Shown here: one piece after another, positions 49,434 through 58,616 of the stretch
Numbering within the stretch: the first letter of the stretch is position 1
Layout: each line of letters starts with the position of its first letter
NCBI GenBank assembly: GCA_965204535.1
Contig: CBDBEV010000001.1
Coordinates: forward strand, 2,880,001 to 2,944,000
DNA length: 64,000 nt
Direction: 5' to 3'
Source: a bacterium
GTDB taxonomy: Bacteria > UBA8248
Position numbers and translations under genes: made by a program
Notes under the pieces: model-generated
Databases searched by the model: none
The model's input: the letters and a program-made list of their open reading frames with translations, nothing else
What the model was told of the DNA's origin: nothing

Positions 49434-49843
49434 TGGGAAAGCATATCGTATCCAGGGTGTCGGATTTCCCTCCCGGCGAAAGAAAAATCGTCGAATTCGA
49501 AAACCGCTCCATCGGAGTATTCAACGTCAAGGGCGAGTATTTCGCCTTGAGAAACGTATGCCCCCACCAGGGAGCGCCATTGTGCATCGGGCCCGTGCGC
49601 GGAACCATGGATGCGGAAACGCCTCACCGGATTCAGTATGTGAAAGACGGCGAGATTATCGTCTGCCCCTGGCATTGCTGGGAGTTCGACATCCTCACGG
49701 GGCGATCCGTATTCAACCCGCACCGCACCCGCGTGAGGGCGTACAAGGTGACGGTCGAGCGGCCGGAGAGTGCAGAGGAAGACCCTTCCGTGGAAACATT
49801 CCGGGTAACGGTGGAGGACGATCTTGTCGTCCTGCACGTGTGA
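49433..49843 (+). CDS. Rieske [2Fe-2S] ferredoxin
   Basis: CPHQG...CPWH; TGATG translational coupling to the amidohydrolase. Confidence 0.92.
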   Translation: MGKHIVSRVSDFPPGERKIVEFENRSIGVFNVKGEYFALRNVCPHQGAPLCIGPVRGTMDAETPHRIQYVKDGEIIVCPWHCWEFDILTGRSVFNPHRTRVRAYKVTVERPESAEEDPSVETFRVTVEDDLVVLHV

Positions 49844-50064
49844 CGCGAACCATCCCGGCAAAATCCCGCATCGACAAGTCGAGCCGTTTTCATAGGCGGC
49901 GAGATTCTCTTCGGGAATTATATGCTTGAGTTGACAGTAGCAGGATTACGGGTTCTGGATTCGAAAGGGAACAATGAAATCACTCCCCTTTGAGAGTCAT
50001 TCCCGACCAATAGAGAGGAATTTCCGATCTGGAATAGGGGCAGGTCGCGGCCTGACCCTGCAGG

Positions 50065-50883
50065 CTATTTTTTCCCGGCGGCGGCCGCTCTGGGCGCGGC
50101 CAGCGCCAGGGCGGATGGCGCCCTGCGGAGGCTCAGCATGTAGACCGTCAGCGCTTCGAGATCCTCAGGCTTCAAATGGCCGTAGGCGGGCATGGCGGAG
50201 CCGGGCGAAACCTTCTGCGGGAACTTGAAATGTTCGATGTGCCACTTCGGGTCCTTCCGGCGCTCGCCCGCAAAGGTCAGGTCGGGCCCGACGACCCCGC
50301 CGGCGCCCCTGATCTTGTGGCAGGCGAGACAGCCGTTCATCAGATAAAGCAGTTTTCCCCTCTGGATGAGGGGGGCGTCTTTGAGAGCCCCCGCGTGGCA
50401 GGGGCCGCAACTCGCCTGAATGAACCCTCCCCGCAGCAGCGGCTCCTCCCAGAACGCGACTTCGCCGTGGGCGTCCTGGACGCTCGTCGCCCGGCCCTGG
50501 CCCTGGTGGCACACGGTGCAGCCGAACCGCTCGAAGGGATGCGGCGGGATGGTGGGGTGTCTGGCGAAAGGCTGCTCGGCATCCTTGAACGCCGGGTGCT
50601 CGACGCCGCGGTGGCACATGACGCACCTGTCCACGCGCTCGCCGCCGGCCACGATGATTTGCTCGAACTGGTCCCCGCTCGCCAGAGCGGCCTTGCGCTC
50701 CTCTTCGGTTCCGGCTCTTTCGACGAGCATTTCACGGAACGTCCGCTGGTAGCCCCGCCATTCGCGGTCGTAATCCTTCCAGACGGACAAGAGAAAAAAC
50801 AAGGCCGCGCAGACGCTCAGGGCGGCGAAGGCGACCACCCACCCGAACGGCACATGGGAATCGTTCTGATTTGAATTGGCCAT
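50065..50883 (-). CDS. Membrane-anchored tetraheme cytochrome c
   Basis: N-terminal TM; CVMCH, CTVCH, CGPCH, CLACH; C-terminal GPDL..PGSAMP. Confidence 0.9.
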   Translation of the reverse strand: MANSNQNDSHVPFGWVVAFAALSVCAALFFLLSVWKDYDREWRGYQRTFREMLVERAGTEEERKAALASGDQFEQIIVAGGERVDRCVMCHRGVEHPAFKDAEQPFARHPTIPPHPFERFGCTVCHQGQGRATSVQDAHGEVAFWEEPLLRGGFIQASCGPCHAGALKDAPLIQRGKLLYLMNGCLACHKIRGAGGVVGPDLTFAGERRKDPKWHIEHFKFPQKVSPGSAMPAYGHLKPEDLEALTVYMLSLRRAPSALALAAPRAAAAGKK

Positions 50884-50895
50884 ACGTTATCCGCC

Positions 50896-52392
50896 TCAGT
50901 GCAGGCCCGTCGCCTGCCACGGCCATATCCAGGCCCAGTTGGCGCCGCGGAAATAAAGCCCGATGAGCGTATAAATCAGGTAAGACGTCAGAAAATATGA
51001 ATACAGGGCCAACGCCCCCATCCGGCTCGACCCCGTGCGCCGCCAGATGTAGAGCGACCCGGCGGCGAAGAGGACGATCAGTATGGTCCCCGGATTCAGG
51101 AGGTCGACCCAGATCTGCGAGGCGCCCGGGACCAGTATCCGCACGGCGTAGTGCTCGTTCAGCCAGGTCAGGACGAGGACGACCGGGATGACCGCCGCGA
51201 CCGACCAGAGCGTGATCCGGCGGCCCTGGCCCGAGGTGAACCAGGTTCCCTGGCCCTCGGGGTTACGATCGATGTAGGGAATGCTCATGAGGCCGATAAT
51301 CGCGGCGGCGGGAACGATGACGCCTCCCGCCAGGGCGGAATAGCTCACGATTTCCTGGAGCCCGAGAAAATACCAGGGCGCCTTGGCCGGGTTGGGCGGA
51401 TGGTCCGGGTTGGCCAGCTCCTCCAGAGGCGCATCGAAGAAGTAGGCGACGGCGGAGAGGACGGCCACGACGCCCACGAAGACGACCAGCATCCGGAAGA
51501 CCGTATGCGGCCAGCTCATGACCTCTTCTTCGGGGGCCTGCGCCTCCACCATGGGCGTCTTGCCCTCGGCCAGCTCCACGAGCATGTACGTCTTGTGCGG
51601 CGAAAAAGCCGCCGCCTCGCCCCGGGCGGCCACAGAGGGCGGCGCGGGCGGCCGGGAGAGGCCCCCGTCCTTGCGTATCCGCCAGAAATGGACGCCCATG
51701 AGTATCATCATGATTCCCGGCAGGACGATGACGTGCATGACGTAGAACCGGATCAGCGCGTTCTGCCCCACCGTATCGCCTCCGAGCATCAGCGTGCGGA
51801 TGTGCTCTCCTACCAGCGGCGGGTAGCTGGCGATGCTCGACCCGACGGTGATGGCCCAATAGGCGAGTTGATCCCAGGGGAGGAGGTAGCCCGTGAAGCT
51901 CATCATCAGGGTCGCCCCCCAGAGGAGCACCCCGATGACCCAGTTGAACTCACGCGGCGCTTTGTAACTCGCCGTATAGAACACGCGGCACATGTGCAAA
52001 AAGACGACGGCGACCATCGCGTGCGCAGCCCAGCGGTGGAGGTTCCGCAGGACGACGCCGTAGGAGACGACGAATTGCAGGTCCTTCATGTCGCTGTAGG
52101 CGCGCTCGGTCGAGGGGACGTAGAAGAACATGAGCAAGGAGCCGGTGCCCAGAAGAATGATGAACAAGAACAGGGAGATGACCCCGAGTCCCCAGGTGTA
52201 GGTGGGTTTTAAGCTGTGAACGTGCGTTCGCGCGGGAAGGACGTGCAGGAAGAAATTCGAGAACATGACGGCCGCGCGATCCAGATCGTTGTCCGGATAG
52301 CCGCGGCGGAAGATCGAGCGGACGACGCGGTTGTCCCTAAGCCACGATACGGCTTTTCCGCGCCCTGATTTCTGCGGGGATTCGGTGACCAT
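50896..52392 (-). CDS. Cytochrome b of a Rieske/cyt b complex (b6 + subunit IV-like fusion with extra TMs)
   Basis: [27 protein letters not shown]-x14-H in helix D, PAKAPWYF (PEWY variant). Confidence 0.92.
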   Translation of the reverse strand: MVTESPQKSGRGKAVSWLRDNRVVRSIFRRGYPDNDLDRAAVMFSNFFLHVLPARTHVHSLKPTYTWGLGVISLFLFIILLGTGSLLMFFYVPSTERAYSDMKDLQFVVSYGVVLRNLHRWAAHAMVAVVFLHMCRVFYTASYKAPREFNWVIGVLLWGATLMMSFTGYLLPWDQLAYWAITVGSSIASYPPLVGEHIRTLMLGGDTVGQNALIRFYVMHVIVLPGIMMILMGVHFWRIRKDGGLSRPPAPPSVAARGEAAAFSPHKTYMLVELAEGKTPMVEAQAPEEEVMSWPHTVFRMLVVFVGVVAVLSAVAYFFDAPLEELANPDHPPNPAKAPWYFLGLQEIVSYSALAGGVIVPAAAIIGLMSIPYIDRNPEGQGTWFTSGQGRRITLWSVAAVIPVVLVLTWLNEHYAVRILVPGASQIWVDLLNPGTILIVLFAAGSLYIWRRTGSSRMGALALYSYFLTSYLIYTLIGLYFRGANWAWIWPWQATGLH

Positions 52393-52401
52393 TGGGGCGG
52401 C

Positions 52402-52893
52402 TCAGATCTTGAAATGTTCGGAGGGGGCGACGACTTTGCGCGTATCGACCACGACGCGGCCATCCGGCGATTTCTTGACGAGGAAAAAGTCGAGCCCCCG
52501 GGGCGCAGGTCCCCCGAGCACCTGTCCCCGCCCGTCGAACGTGCTGCCGTGGCAGGGGCACCGGGCCCTCAATATATCGGGAGAGGCGCCGGGCGCGCCG
52601 ACGAAGGGGCTGATCACGCAACGGAGATGCGGACAGACGGCGGTGCAGGCCCGGAACCCGTCCTTCTCGCGAAACAGAACGATTTTCTTCTCTGCGAAAA
52701 ACGTGATGGACCCCACGGGGTACTTCTCCAGGGAGTCGAGCTTCAGAACCGACTCGCCCTCATAAACGACGTTGGGGAACAGGAAGCGGACGTTGGCGAG
52801 AACCGGACCCAGCAGGGAGATCAGGAAGGAAACCCAGCCGAGACCCAAAAGCATCCGTCGCCGGGGGGTCTGTTCATCCAGGCTCGCAGTCAT
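52402..52893 (-). CDS. Rieske iron-sulfur subunit of a bc-type complex
   Basis: RRRML twin-Arg plus TM; CPHLRC...CPCHGS; GPAPR. Confidence 0.92.
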   Translation of the reverse strand: MTASLDEQTPRRRMLLGLGWVSFLISLLGPVLANVRFLFPNVVYEGESVLKLDSLEKYPVGSITFFAEKKIVLFREKDGFRACTAVCPHLRCVISPFVGAPGASPDILRARCPCHGSTFDGRGQVLGGPAPRGLDFFLVKKSPDGRVVVDTRKVVAPSEHFKI

Positions 52894-52894
52894 G

Positions 52895-54940
52895 TCATCC
52901 AGTCTCCACCCACTCTTCCTGGAAAGAAAAATTCTCGATGGTGACGGCGCCCGTGGGACAGCGCTGGGCGCAGAGCGAACAACGGATGCACTTGTCCGGG
53001 TCCATGATCATCGCCGCGCCTCTCTCTCCTGCGCCCCCGGCGGACGTGCCAAAGCGGGCCTGGACCAGAGCCGCCAGGTCCTCTCCACCCTGAAGGGCTT
53101 CGAGGGGAACCATTCGAAGACAGCGTGAGGGGCAGACGTCCACGCAGCCGCCGCAGAGGATGCACCTGGCGCCGTCGAAGATCGGGTTAGCACTACAGCG
53201 CAGACACCGGAGCCCCTGTTCGACCGCCTCCCCGGGCGAATAACCAAGCTCCACCTCGGCGACGCCGATTCTGCGCTCGATGGGCAGCGCGTCGGGGTTT
53301 CGGCGAGACACTTTCTGGTAGCCGGGATTGACGATGGGAAGGGAAAACCCGTCTCCCGGCTCCTGGAGCAGCGCTTGTTGCAAGGGTTCGACAGAGGCCC
53401 ACTGAAGATGCGTCTGGACGCCTGCCTGACCGCCGGACAGATAGGTGTGAATGGAGCGGGCGGCGCGGTGGCCGTTTTCCACGCCCTCGATGAAGATACG
53501 GGGACCCATGGCGACGTCCCCGCCCGCGTACACGCCTGGAGCGGTCGTGGCCAGGGTTTCGGGATCAACGCGGATCGTCCCGCGCGGCGTCGTCTCGACG
53601 CCGTCCTCATCCTTGATCCAGGAGAGATCGGAGGCCTGGCCGACGGCGACGATCACCGAATCGCACGGAATCACGCGCCTGGTGTCCGGGTCGAATTCCG
53701 GGCTGAAGCGGCCCTCCTCGTCGAAGACGCGGGTGCACGTCTGGACTTCCAGCCCGACCACGCGGCCTTCTTTCTCCACGATGCGGACGGGCCCCACCCG
53801 GGGCTCGAGCTCGATCCCCTCATCGAGGGCTTCTTCGATCTCGAAATCCGCCGCCGGCATCTCGTCGCGCGATTCGAGGCAGATGACGTGGACGTTCCTC
53901 GCTCCCACGCGCATCGCCTCCCGGGCCACGTCCATCATCTCGCGCATGAGGACGGCGTCTTCCGTTTGATCGGCCGCGCCCGCGGGGGCATCCGCCCCGC
54001 CGGCGACCCGGGCGGCGACCCGGGCGGCGTCCATGGCCACGTTTCCCCCGCCGATCACGACGACGCGCTCGCCCAAATCGACGCGGAAGTTCAGATTCAC
54101 GTTCAGCAGAAACTCGACGGCCCGGAAAACGCCGTCCGCGTCCTGTCCTTCCATGGGGAGAGAGCGACTCACATGAGCGCCGATGGCGACGAACACCGCC
54201 TCGAAGCCTTCCTCGCGAAGGGAGGAGAGGTTGAAGTCCCGCCCGATGGCCTGGTTCAGCCGAAGCTCCACGCCCAGGCTGAGGATGGCCTGGATTTCGG
54301 CCTGAACGAGGTCGCGCGGGAGCCTGTATTCGGGAACCCCGAGCATCAGCATGCCGCCGGGAACGCCCTGTTTTTCGAAAACGCTCACGTCATAGCCGAG
54401 CAGGGCGAGATCGTGGGCGCAGGTCAGCCCCGCCACGCCCGATCCGACGACGGCCACCTTTTTTCCTGCCGTCTTTTCCTGTTCGGGCTTTCGGCGGGCC
54501 GCCTCCAGCACCGAAAAATCGTTGATGGTGCGCGTGGAGGGCTGAAAACGGAGGTCGCGCATACTCCTGAGGCTCCGGTGCGAGAAGGAGGATTCTCCCT
54601 TGCCGGACGACAAATCGGCCTCGACCCCGTAGCGTTCCGTCACGAATCGCTTGAGCGCCCGGATGGCCACCGGCGCATCGATGTTGCCGCGGCGGCACGC
54701 CGCTTCGCACGGCGCCGCGCAGACACGCCCGCAAACCGACGCGAAGGGGTTGGGCCCCCGGGCGATGATGTAGGCGCGCTCGAAGTCTTGCTCCGAGATG
54801 GCGGTCACGTAACCCCGCGCGTCCGTATGGACGGGACACGCGTCCTGGCAGCAAATCGTTTTCCGCCAGTGGTCGTGGCCGGGCAACTCGACCCGAAAGG
54901 AGCGCTCGGGAAGGGGAGCGTCCCGATTCCCTGAACCCAT
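52895..54940 (-). CDS. NAD(P)H/FAD-dependent Fe-S oxidoreductase (GltD/NfnB/DsrL-like) with C-terminal 2x[4Fe-4S] ferredoxin domain
   Basis: CQDACP, CGRVCAAPCEAAC, GSGVAG, GGGNVA, GGD; RCLRC, CILCGGCVDVCP, CIRCSLCAQRCP. Confidence 0.92.
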   Translation of the reverse strand: MGSGNRDAPLPERSFRVELPGHDHWRKTICCQDACPVHTDARGYVTAISEQDFERAYIIARGPNPFASVCGRVCAAPCEAACRRGNIDAPVAIRALKRFVTERYGVEADLSSGKGESSFSHRSLRSMRDLRFQPSTRTINDFSVLEAARRKPEQEKTAGKKVAVVGSGVAGLTCAHDLALLGYDVSVFEKQGVPGGMLMLGVPEYRLPRDLVQAEIQAILSLGVELRLNQAIGRDFNLSSLREEGFEAVFVAIGAHVSRSLPMEGQDADGVFRAVEFLLNVNLNFRVDLGERVVVIGGGNVAMDAARVAARVAGGADAPAGAADQTEDAVLMREMMDVAREAMRVGARNVHVICLESRDEMPAADFEIEEALDEGIELEPRVGPVRIVEKEGRVVGLEVQTCTRVFDEEGRFSPEFDPDTRRVIPCDSVIVAVGQASDLSWIKDEDGVETTPRGTIRVDPETLATTAPGVYAGGDVAMGPRIFIEGVENGHRAARSIHTYLSGGQAGVQTHLQWASVEPLQQALLQEPGDGFSLPIVNPGYQKVSRRNPDALPIERRIGVAEVELGYSPGEAVEQGLRCLRCSANPIFDGARCILCGGCVDVCPSRCLRMVPLEALQGGEDLAALVQARFGTSAGGAGERGAAMIMDPDKCIRCSLCAQRCPTGAVTIENFSFQEEWVETG

Positions 54941-54950
54941 GCCCGCGATC

Positions 54951-55337
54951 CTATTTCGCCAGGGAGCGCATGAACGCGACCAGGTTCTGGAGGTCCGCGT
55001 CCGAAAGAACCCCGCCCCAGGGGGGCATCAACGGCGATTTCCCGACCGCGACGCCGCCAAGCTTGGTGATCTTGGCGATATATTCGTCCGATATGGTCTT
55101 CATGTATTTGGCGTCGGTGTGATTCCTCGGCTTCGGGTTGAGCGCCTTGGCCGCGGGGCCGTCGCCCTTGCCCGATGCGCCGTGGCAGGAGGCGCAAAGC
55201 TGCTGGTATTTGACGTTGCCGGCCGCAACGTCGCCTTTCTGCTGAGCGGCCCCGTCATCCGAAGACCAGAAAAAGAGCGCAACTGCAAGCGCCAGGCCGG
55301 CGCAGATGAGAAACCTTCTCGATCGAGACATTCGCAT
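54951..55337 (-). CDS. Periplasmic monoheme class I cytochrome c
   Basis: Signal peptide, CASCH, GDGP..PRN, distal Met in PLMPPW. Confidence 0.9.
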   Translation of the reverse strand: MRMSRSRRFLICAGLALAVALFFWSSDDGAAQQKGDVAAGNVKYQQLCASCHGASGKGDGPAAKALNPKPRNHTDAKYMKTISDEYIAKITKLGGVAVGKSPLMPPWGGVLSDADLQNLVAFMRSLAK

Positions 55338-55384
55338 TCAACCTCCCTCGCGGTTTTACGGGCTTGTGTAAACCTCCATCTCCA

Positions 55385-58051
55385 TCAAAGCGTCCGGGGG
55401 ACAAAGCTTAAGCTCGTCAGCGAATGCTTGTGCGGAGATTCTCCTATCTTCTTCAACTTCCCCTTGCCCAGCTTGTAGCGGTAGCGGTTGGTCAGGGGGT
55501 CCGGCACCCGGTGGACCACCGAATTGGCCGGGTTCTCGGGAAAGCCGAAATAGGCGAAGGTGACGCCCTCGCGAACCGCGTCCGTGACCATGGCCACCGC
55601 GGTGAAGCTCCCCTTGCTCTTCTTGATATTCCCGGCCTTCATGAGCTCGGTGAACGTCTGCTCCTTGCCGTCGACGCCGATGTATCCGCCCGTCTGCACG
55701 AGGAGGTCGTCGTTCTCGATGGCCACGAGGTCTCCTGATTCGATGCCCCGGGCGCCGGCGTCTTTGGGGTGAATTTCCAGGAACTGCTGCGGCCAGCGCT
55801 GCATGATGTAGGGCCGCCGCTTGTCGTCGTAGCCGGATTGCCAGAGCTCGTTGATCCGCCCGTTCGTCACCCACAGTTCGTCCCCCTGCGGGGTGACCCG
55901 GTCGTAGAAGTCCTTGAAATCCTCCCAGTAGCTTTTCAGCAAGACCGCCTTGCCGCTCTGGGTCCCGAAGGAGGTGAGCCACTTCCGGTGCATGGTGGGC
56001 CCCTCGGGGGTTCCGAGTTCCAGGGTCTCGTCGTGGAGGCGCTTCGTCCCGACGAGTTCGCCCTTGACCATGCGGATGGGGGTTTGGATGCCGTCGGTCC
56101 CGTATTCGCGGAGCAATTCGTGGCCCCGTTTCCCCTCGCGCTTGGCCTTCACCACGAGCGGGTGGTAATTGAGCACCCCCTTGCGTCCGAAGCGGGCCGC
56201 TTCCTCGAAGATCTGGTTGCTGTCCTTCCAGTCGAAGCCCTTGAAGCCCATCTTCCTCGCGAAGGCCGCGATGATCCACCAGTCGGGCCGGGCCTCACCG
56301 GGGGGGTCGGCGAACTTGCTGTAGAGCCTGAGGCGGCGCTCGCCGTTGCACCGGGTGAAGTCCTCCTCGCCCCAGGTGGCGGCCGGGAGCACCAGGTCCG
56401 CATACTCGGTTCCGATCGGGGAAACGGGATAGATGTCCTGGTGGGCGACGACCATGCCGCCGGAATCCACTCGCTGCTTGAGCGCGTCCACCGCCGTATC
56501 GACGTCGAAGCTCTCGATCTGGTGCGGGTTGCGGCGCGTCAACCGCTGGAAGACGTCCATCAACTCCTGAGACGCCGCCATGGCCTGGCACCAGGTGGTT
56601 CCGATGACCCATGCGAAGCGCACGTGGCCGTCCACGACCCAGCGGTCGAGGTCGATCTCCTTCTTGCGGCGCCCCGGCGCCTTCTCCGGCGACAGGCTCC
56701 TCGGATAACCGGCCCCTCCCATCCAGCCCCGCTGGTGTCCACCGCCGCGGGAGATCACCCGGCCCGGCCGCGACCCGGCGCCGCAGACCAGCCCCAGCGC
56801 CGCAAAGGAAGCCGTGTTCCCGAAACTGTTGCACCAGTAATTGCCCTTCTCGAGCATGAACGAGGTCTTCTTGCGGGTTCCGTCGGGCTTGGGCTTGGCG
56901 AGGATTTCAGCCGTCTGGCGTATGGACGCCGCGGACACGCCCGTTATCTTCTCGGCGCGCTCCAGTTCGGCGTAGGGATAGCTCATGATCCACTTCTTGT
57001 AGCCCTCGAAGTCCGTCCCGTACTTGCCCCAGGTCGTGACCCACTGCCAGGGCGTGTTGCGGGTGCCGCGCCCCATGCCGGAGCCGATCTCCCACTTGTT
57101 CGAGATTTTTCGCGCGATCCACTCCTTGTCCTCCCAGCCGTTCTCGAGGATCAGGCGGATGATGGCCAGGTGGAGCACCGTGTCCGTCCCCGGAATGACG
57201 GGGAGAAAGAGACCGCCGCGCTTCTCGCCGTAGGCCACGCCCGAAGTCTTGCGCGGCATGGCGAAGACGAGTTTCTTGCTCGGCGTTTTCCCGCCCATGA
57301 TCCACGAGGTGAACAGCACCGACTTGGTCTCCCAGGGGTCGACGCCCGAGAAGAAGATGACCTCGGCCTCTCCCCAGTCGTCATAGGAGGCGCTGAAGGG
57401 GTTGATGCCGGAAAAATCGATCCCGGGCGTGTCCTTGCCGGGGCCCGGCTTGTCATGCGGGGCGTAGGCCGGCGTTCCGATGGCGCGGAAAGCGAGCTTG
57501 GAGATGGCGTAGGTGTTCTCGAAATACTGGTAGGAATACGTCTTCATCGCCCAGGCGTGCTCGCCGAACTTGTCCAGGACGTGCTTCGAGATTCCCGCCA
57601 TGACGCCCACCGCCGTATCCCACGAGACCTCCTGCAAGGTACCGCGGACCCGCATCATCGGCTGGCGCAGGCGGTCCTGCGAGGGTTCGTTGGGGTTGTA
57701 GAGCTTCTTGGCCAGGACGCCGCCCCGGATGGAGTGGTTCCCCCCGACGTTCACGACATTCGCATCCTTGTCCGGCATGACGACGACGTGGTGGGGACTG
57801 CCGTCCACCATGATGATGTTGTGCATGTTCGGGCTGACCCAGCCGCCGCTCATGATGGCGGTGGGGAAATCCACGCGCAGGGCGTTCTGGCTCGCCTTGG
57901 GTCCGCCCTCGCGACCGATCGGCCAGCGGTAGACCTTGTACCCGCAGCCCACGATGCAGTAGTCGCACGCCGTGGTGAACACCTCCGCGTTCGGCGGGGG
58001 GAGGGGGACACTGTCTTCCGCAAGATAGTAGTTCGTCACCTTTCCTGCCAT
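55385..58051 (-). CDS. idrA: DMSO-reductase-family molybdoenzyme of the AioA/IdrA clade; iodate reductase catalytic subunit-like
   Basis: TACDYCIVGCGY ([3Fe-4S] CX2CX3C) plus HSIRG, APHDKP, EKGNYW, RGGGHQRG, NGERRLRLY, NGRINE.WQS; no signal peptide; adjacent Rieske and two CCP genes. Confidence 0.8.
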   Translation of the reverse strand: MAGKVTNYYLAEDSVPLPPPNAEVFTTACDYCIVGCGYKVYRWPIGREGGPKASQNALRVDFPTAIMSGGWVSPNMHNIIMVDGSPHHVVVMPDKDANVVNVGGNHSIRGGVLAKKLYNPNEPSQDRLRQPMMRVRGTLQEVSWDTAVGVMAGISKHVLDKFGEHAWAMKTYSYQYFENTYAISKLAFRAIGTPAYAPHDKPGPGKDTPGIDFSGINPFSASYDDWGEAEVIFFSGVDPWETKSVLFTSWIMGGKTPSKKLVFAMPRKTSGVAYGEKRGGLFLPVIPGTDTVLHLAIIRLILENGWEDKEWIARKISNKWEIGSGMGRGTRNTPWQWVTTWGKYGTDFEGYKKWIMSYPYAELERAEKITGVSAASIRQTAEILAKPKPDGTRKKTSFMLEKGNYWCNSFGNTASFAALGLVCGAGSRPGRVISRGGGHQRGWMGGAGYPRSLSPEKAPGRRKKEIDLDRWVVDGHVRFAWVIGTTWCQAMAASQELMDVFQRLTRRNPHQIESFDVDTAVDALKQRVDSGGMVVAHQDIYPVSPIGTEYADLVLPAATWGEEDFTRCNGERRLRLYSKFADPPGEARPDWWIIAAFARKMGFKGFDWKDSNQIFEEAARFGRKGVLNYHPLVVKAKREGKRGHELLREYGTDGIQTPIRMVKGELVGTKRLHDETLELGTPEGPTMHRKWLTSFGTQSGKAVLLKSYWEDFKDFYDRVTPQGDELWVTNGRINELWQSGYDDKRRPYIMQRWPQQFLEIHPKDAGARGIESGDLVAIENDDLLVQTGGYIGVDGKEQTFTELMKAGNIKKSKGSFTAVAMVTDAVREGVTFAYFGFPENPANSVVHRVPDPLTNRYRYKLGKGKLKKIGESPHKHSLTSLSFVPRTL

Positions 58052-58063
58052 GATGCGTCCTCC

Positions 58064-58606
58064 TCAGCGCTGTACCGGCGCCAGATTCGAGTGATAACCA
58101 TACAGCAGTCCCATCATCCCGATCGCGTAGATGTCGTCTCCTCGGGTTTCCAGAACCACCTGGGGGAGGCTTTCGGTGGCCTGCCCCGCCCCGACCATGC
58201 CGTGCTTCATCAGATCGAAGGTCGTCAGATGGAACGGGCACGGGCCGATGGCCTTGTGCTGCGCGTTATAAGTCCCCTGCAGGGGGCCGCCCATGTGGGT
58301 GCAGAGGGTGCTGAACGCCACCACGTCCCGCTTGGGGCCGACGCCGCCGCCGGCTTGAACGCCCAGTTTGACCAGCATGCACCCCGAGAAGACGTCCTTC
58401 CACGGGTACTGGAAGAATTGCGGCGCATCGACCTTGAGGGCGCTGAGCGTCCCGATTTTCTGGCGGGGATACTCCGCCCTTTGCAGGGCCGCTCCGGCCA
58501 GGCCGGGGATGCCCTGGACCAGCACGATGCTCACGGCGGTTCCGCCGGCCAGGAGAAAGGCGCGCCGCGAGACGCAAGGCCGGGTTTCCTTGGCTTCCTG
58601 AGTCAT
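58064..58606 (-). CDS. idrB: TAT-exported Rieske small subunit (AioB/IdrB)
   Basis: SRRAFL twin-Arg signal, GGVGP..DVVAFS, CTHMG, CPFH, GQATESLPQ, GLLYG. Confidence 0.82.
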   Translation of the reverse strand: MTQEAKETRPCVSRRAFLLAGGTAVSIVLVQGIPGLAGAALQRAEYPRQKIGTLSALKVDAPQFFQYPWKDVFSGCMLVKLGVQAGGGVGPKRDVVAFSTLCTHMGGPLQGTYNAQHKAIGPCPFHLTTFDLMKHGMVGAGQATESLPQVVLETRGDDIYAIGMMGLLYGYHSNLAPVQR

Positions 58607-58616
58607 GGATTCCTCC

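Noticed and set aside
52895-54940. Glutamate synthase small subunit or DsrL in sulfur metabolism
   Set aside because: No gltB or dsr genes in the window, and the gene sits inside a Rieske/cyt b operon
55385-58606. Canonical arsenite oxidase aioBA
   Set aside because: Substrate-site motifs differ and the context (two CCPs, no aioXSR or ars genes) fits idr better. Disfavoured, but not excluded without phylogeny.
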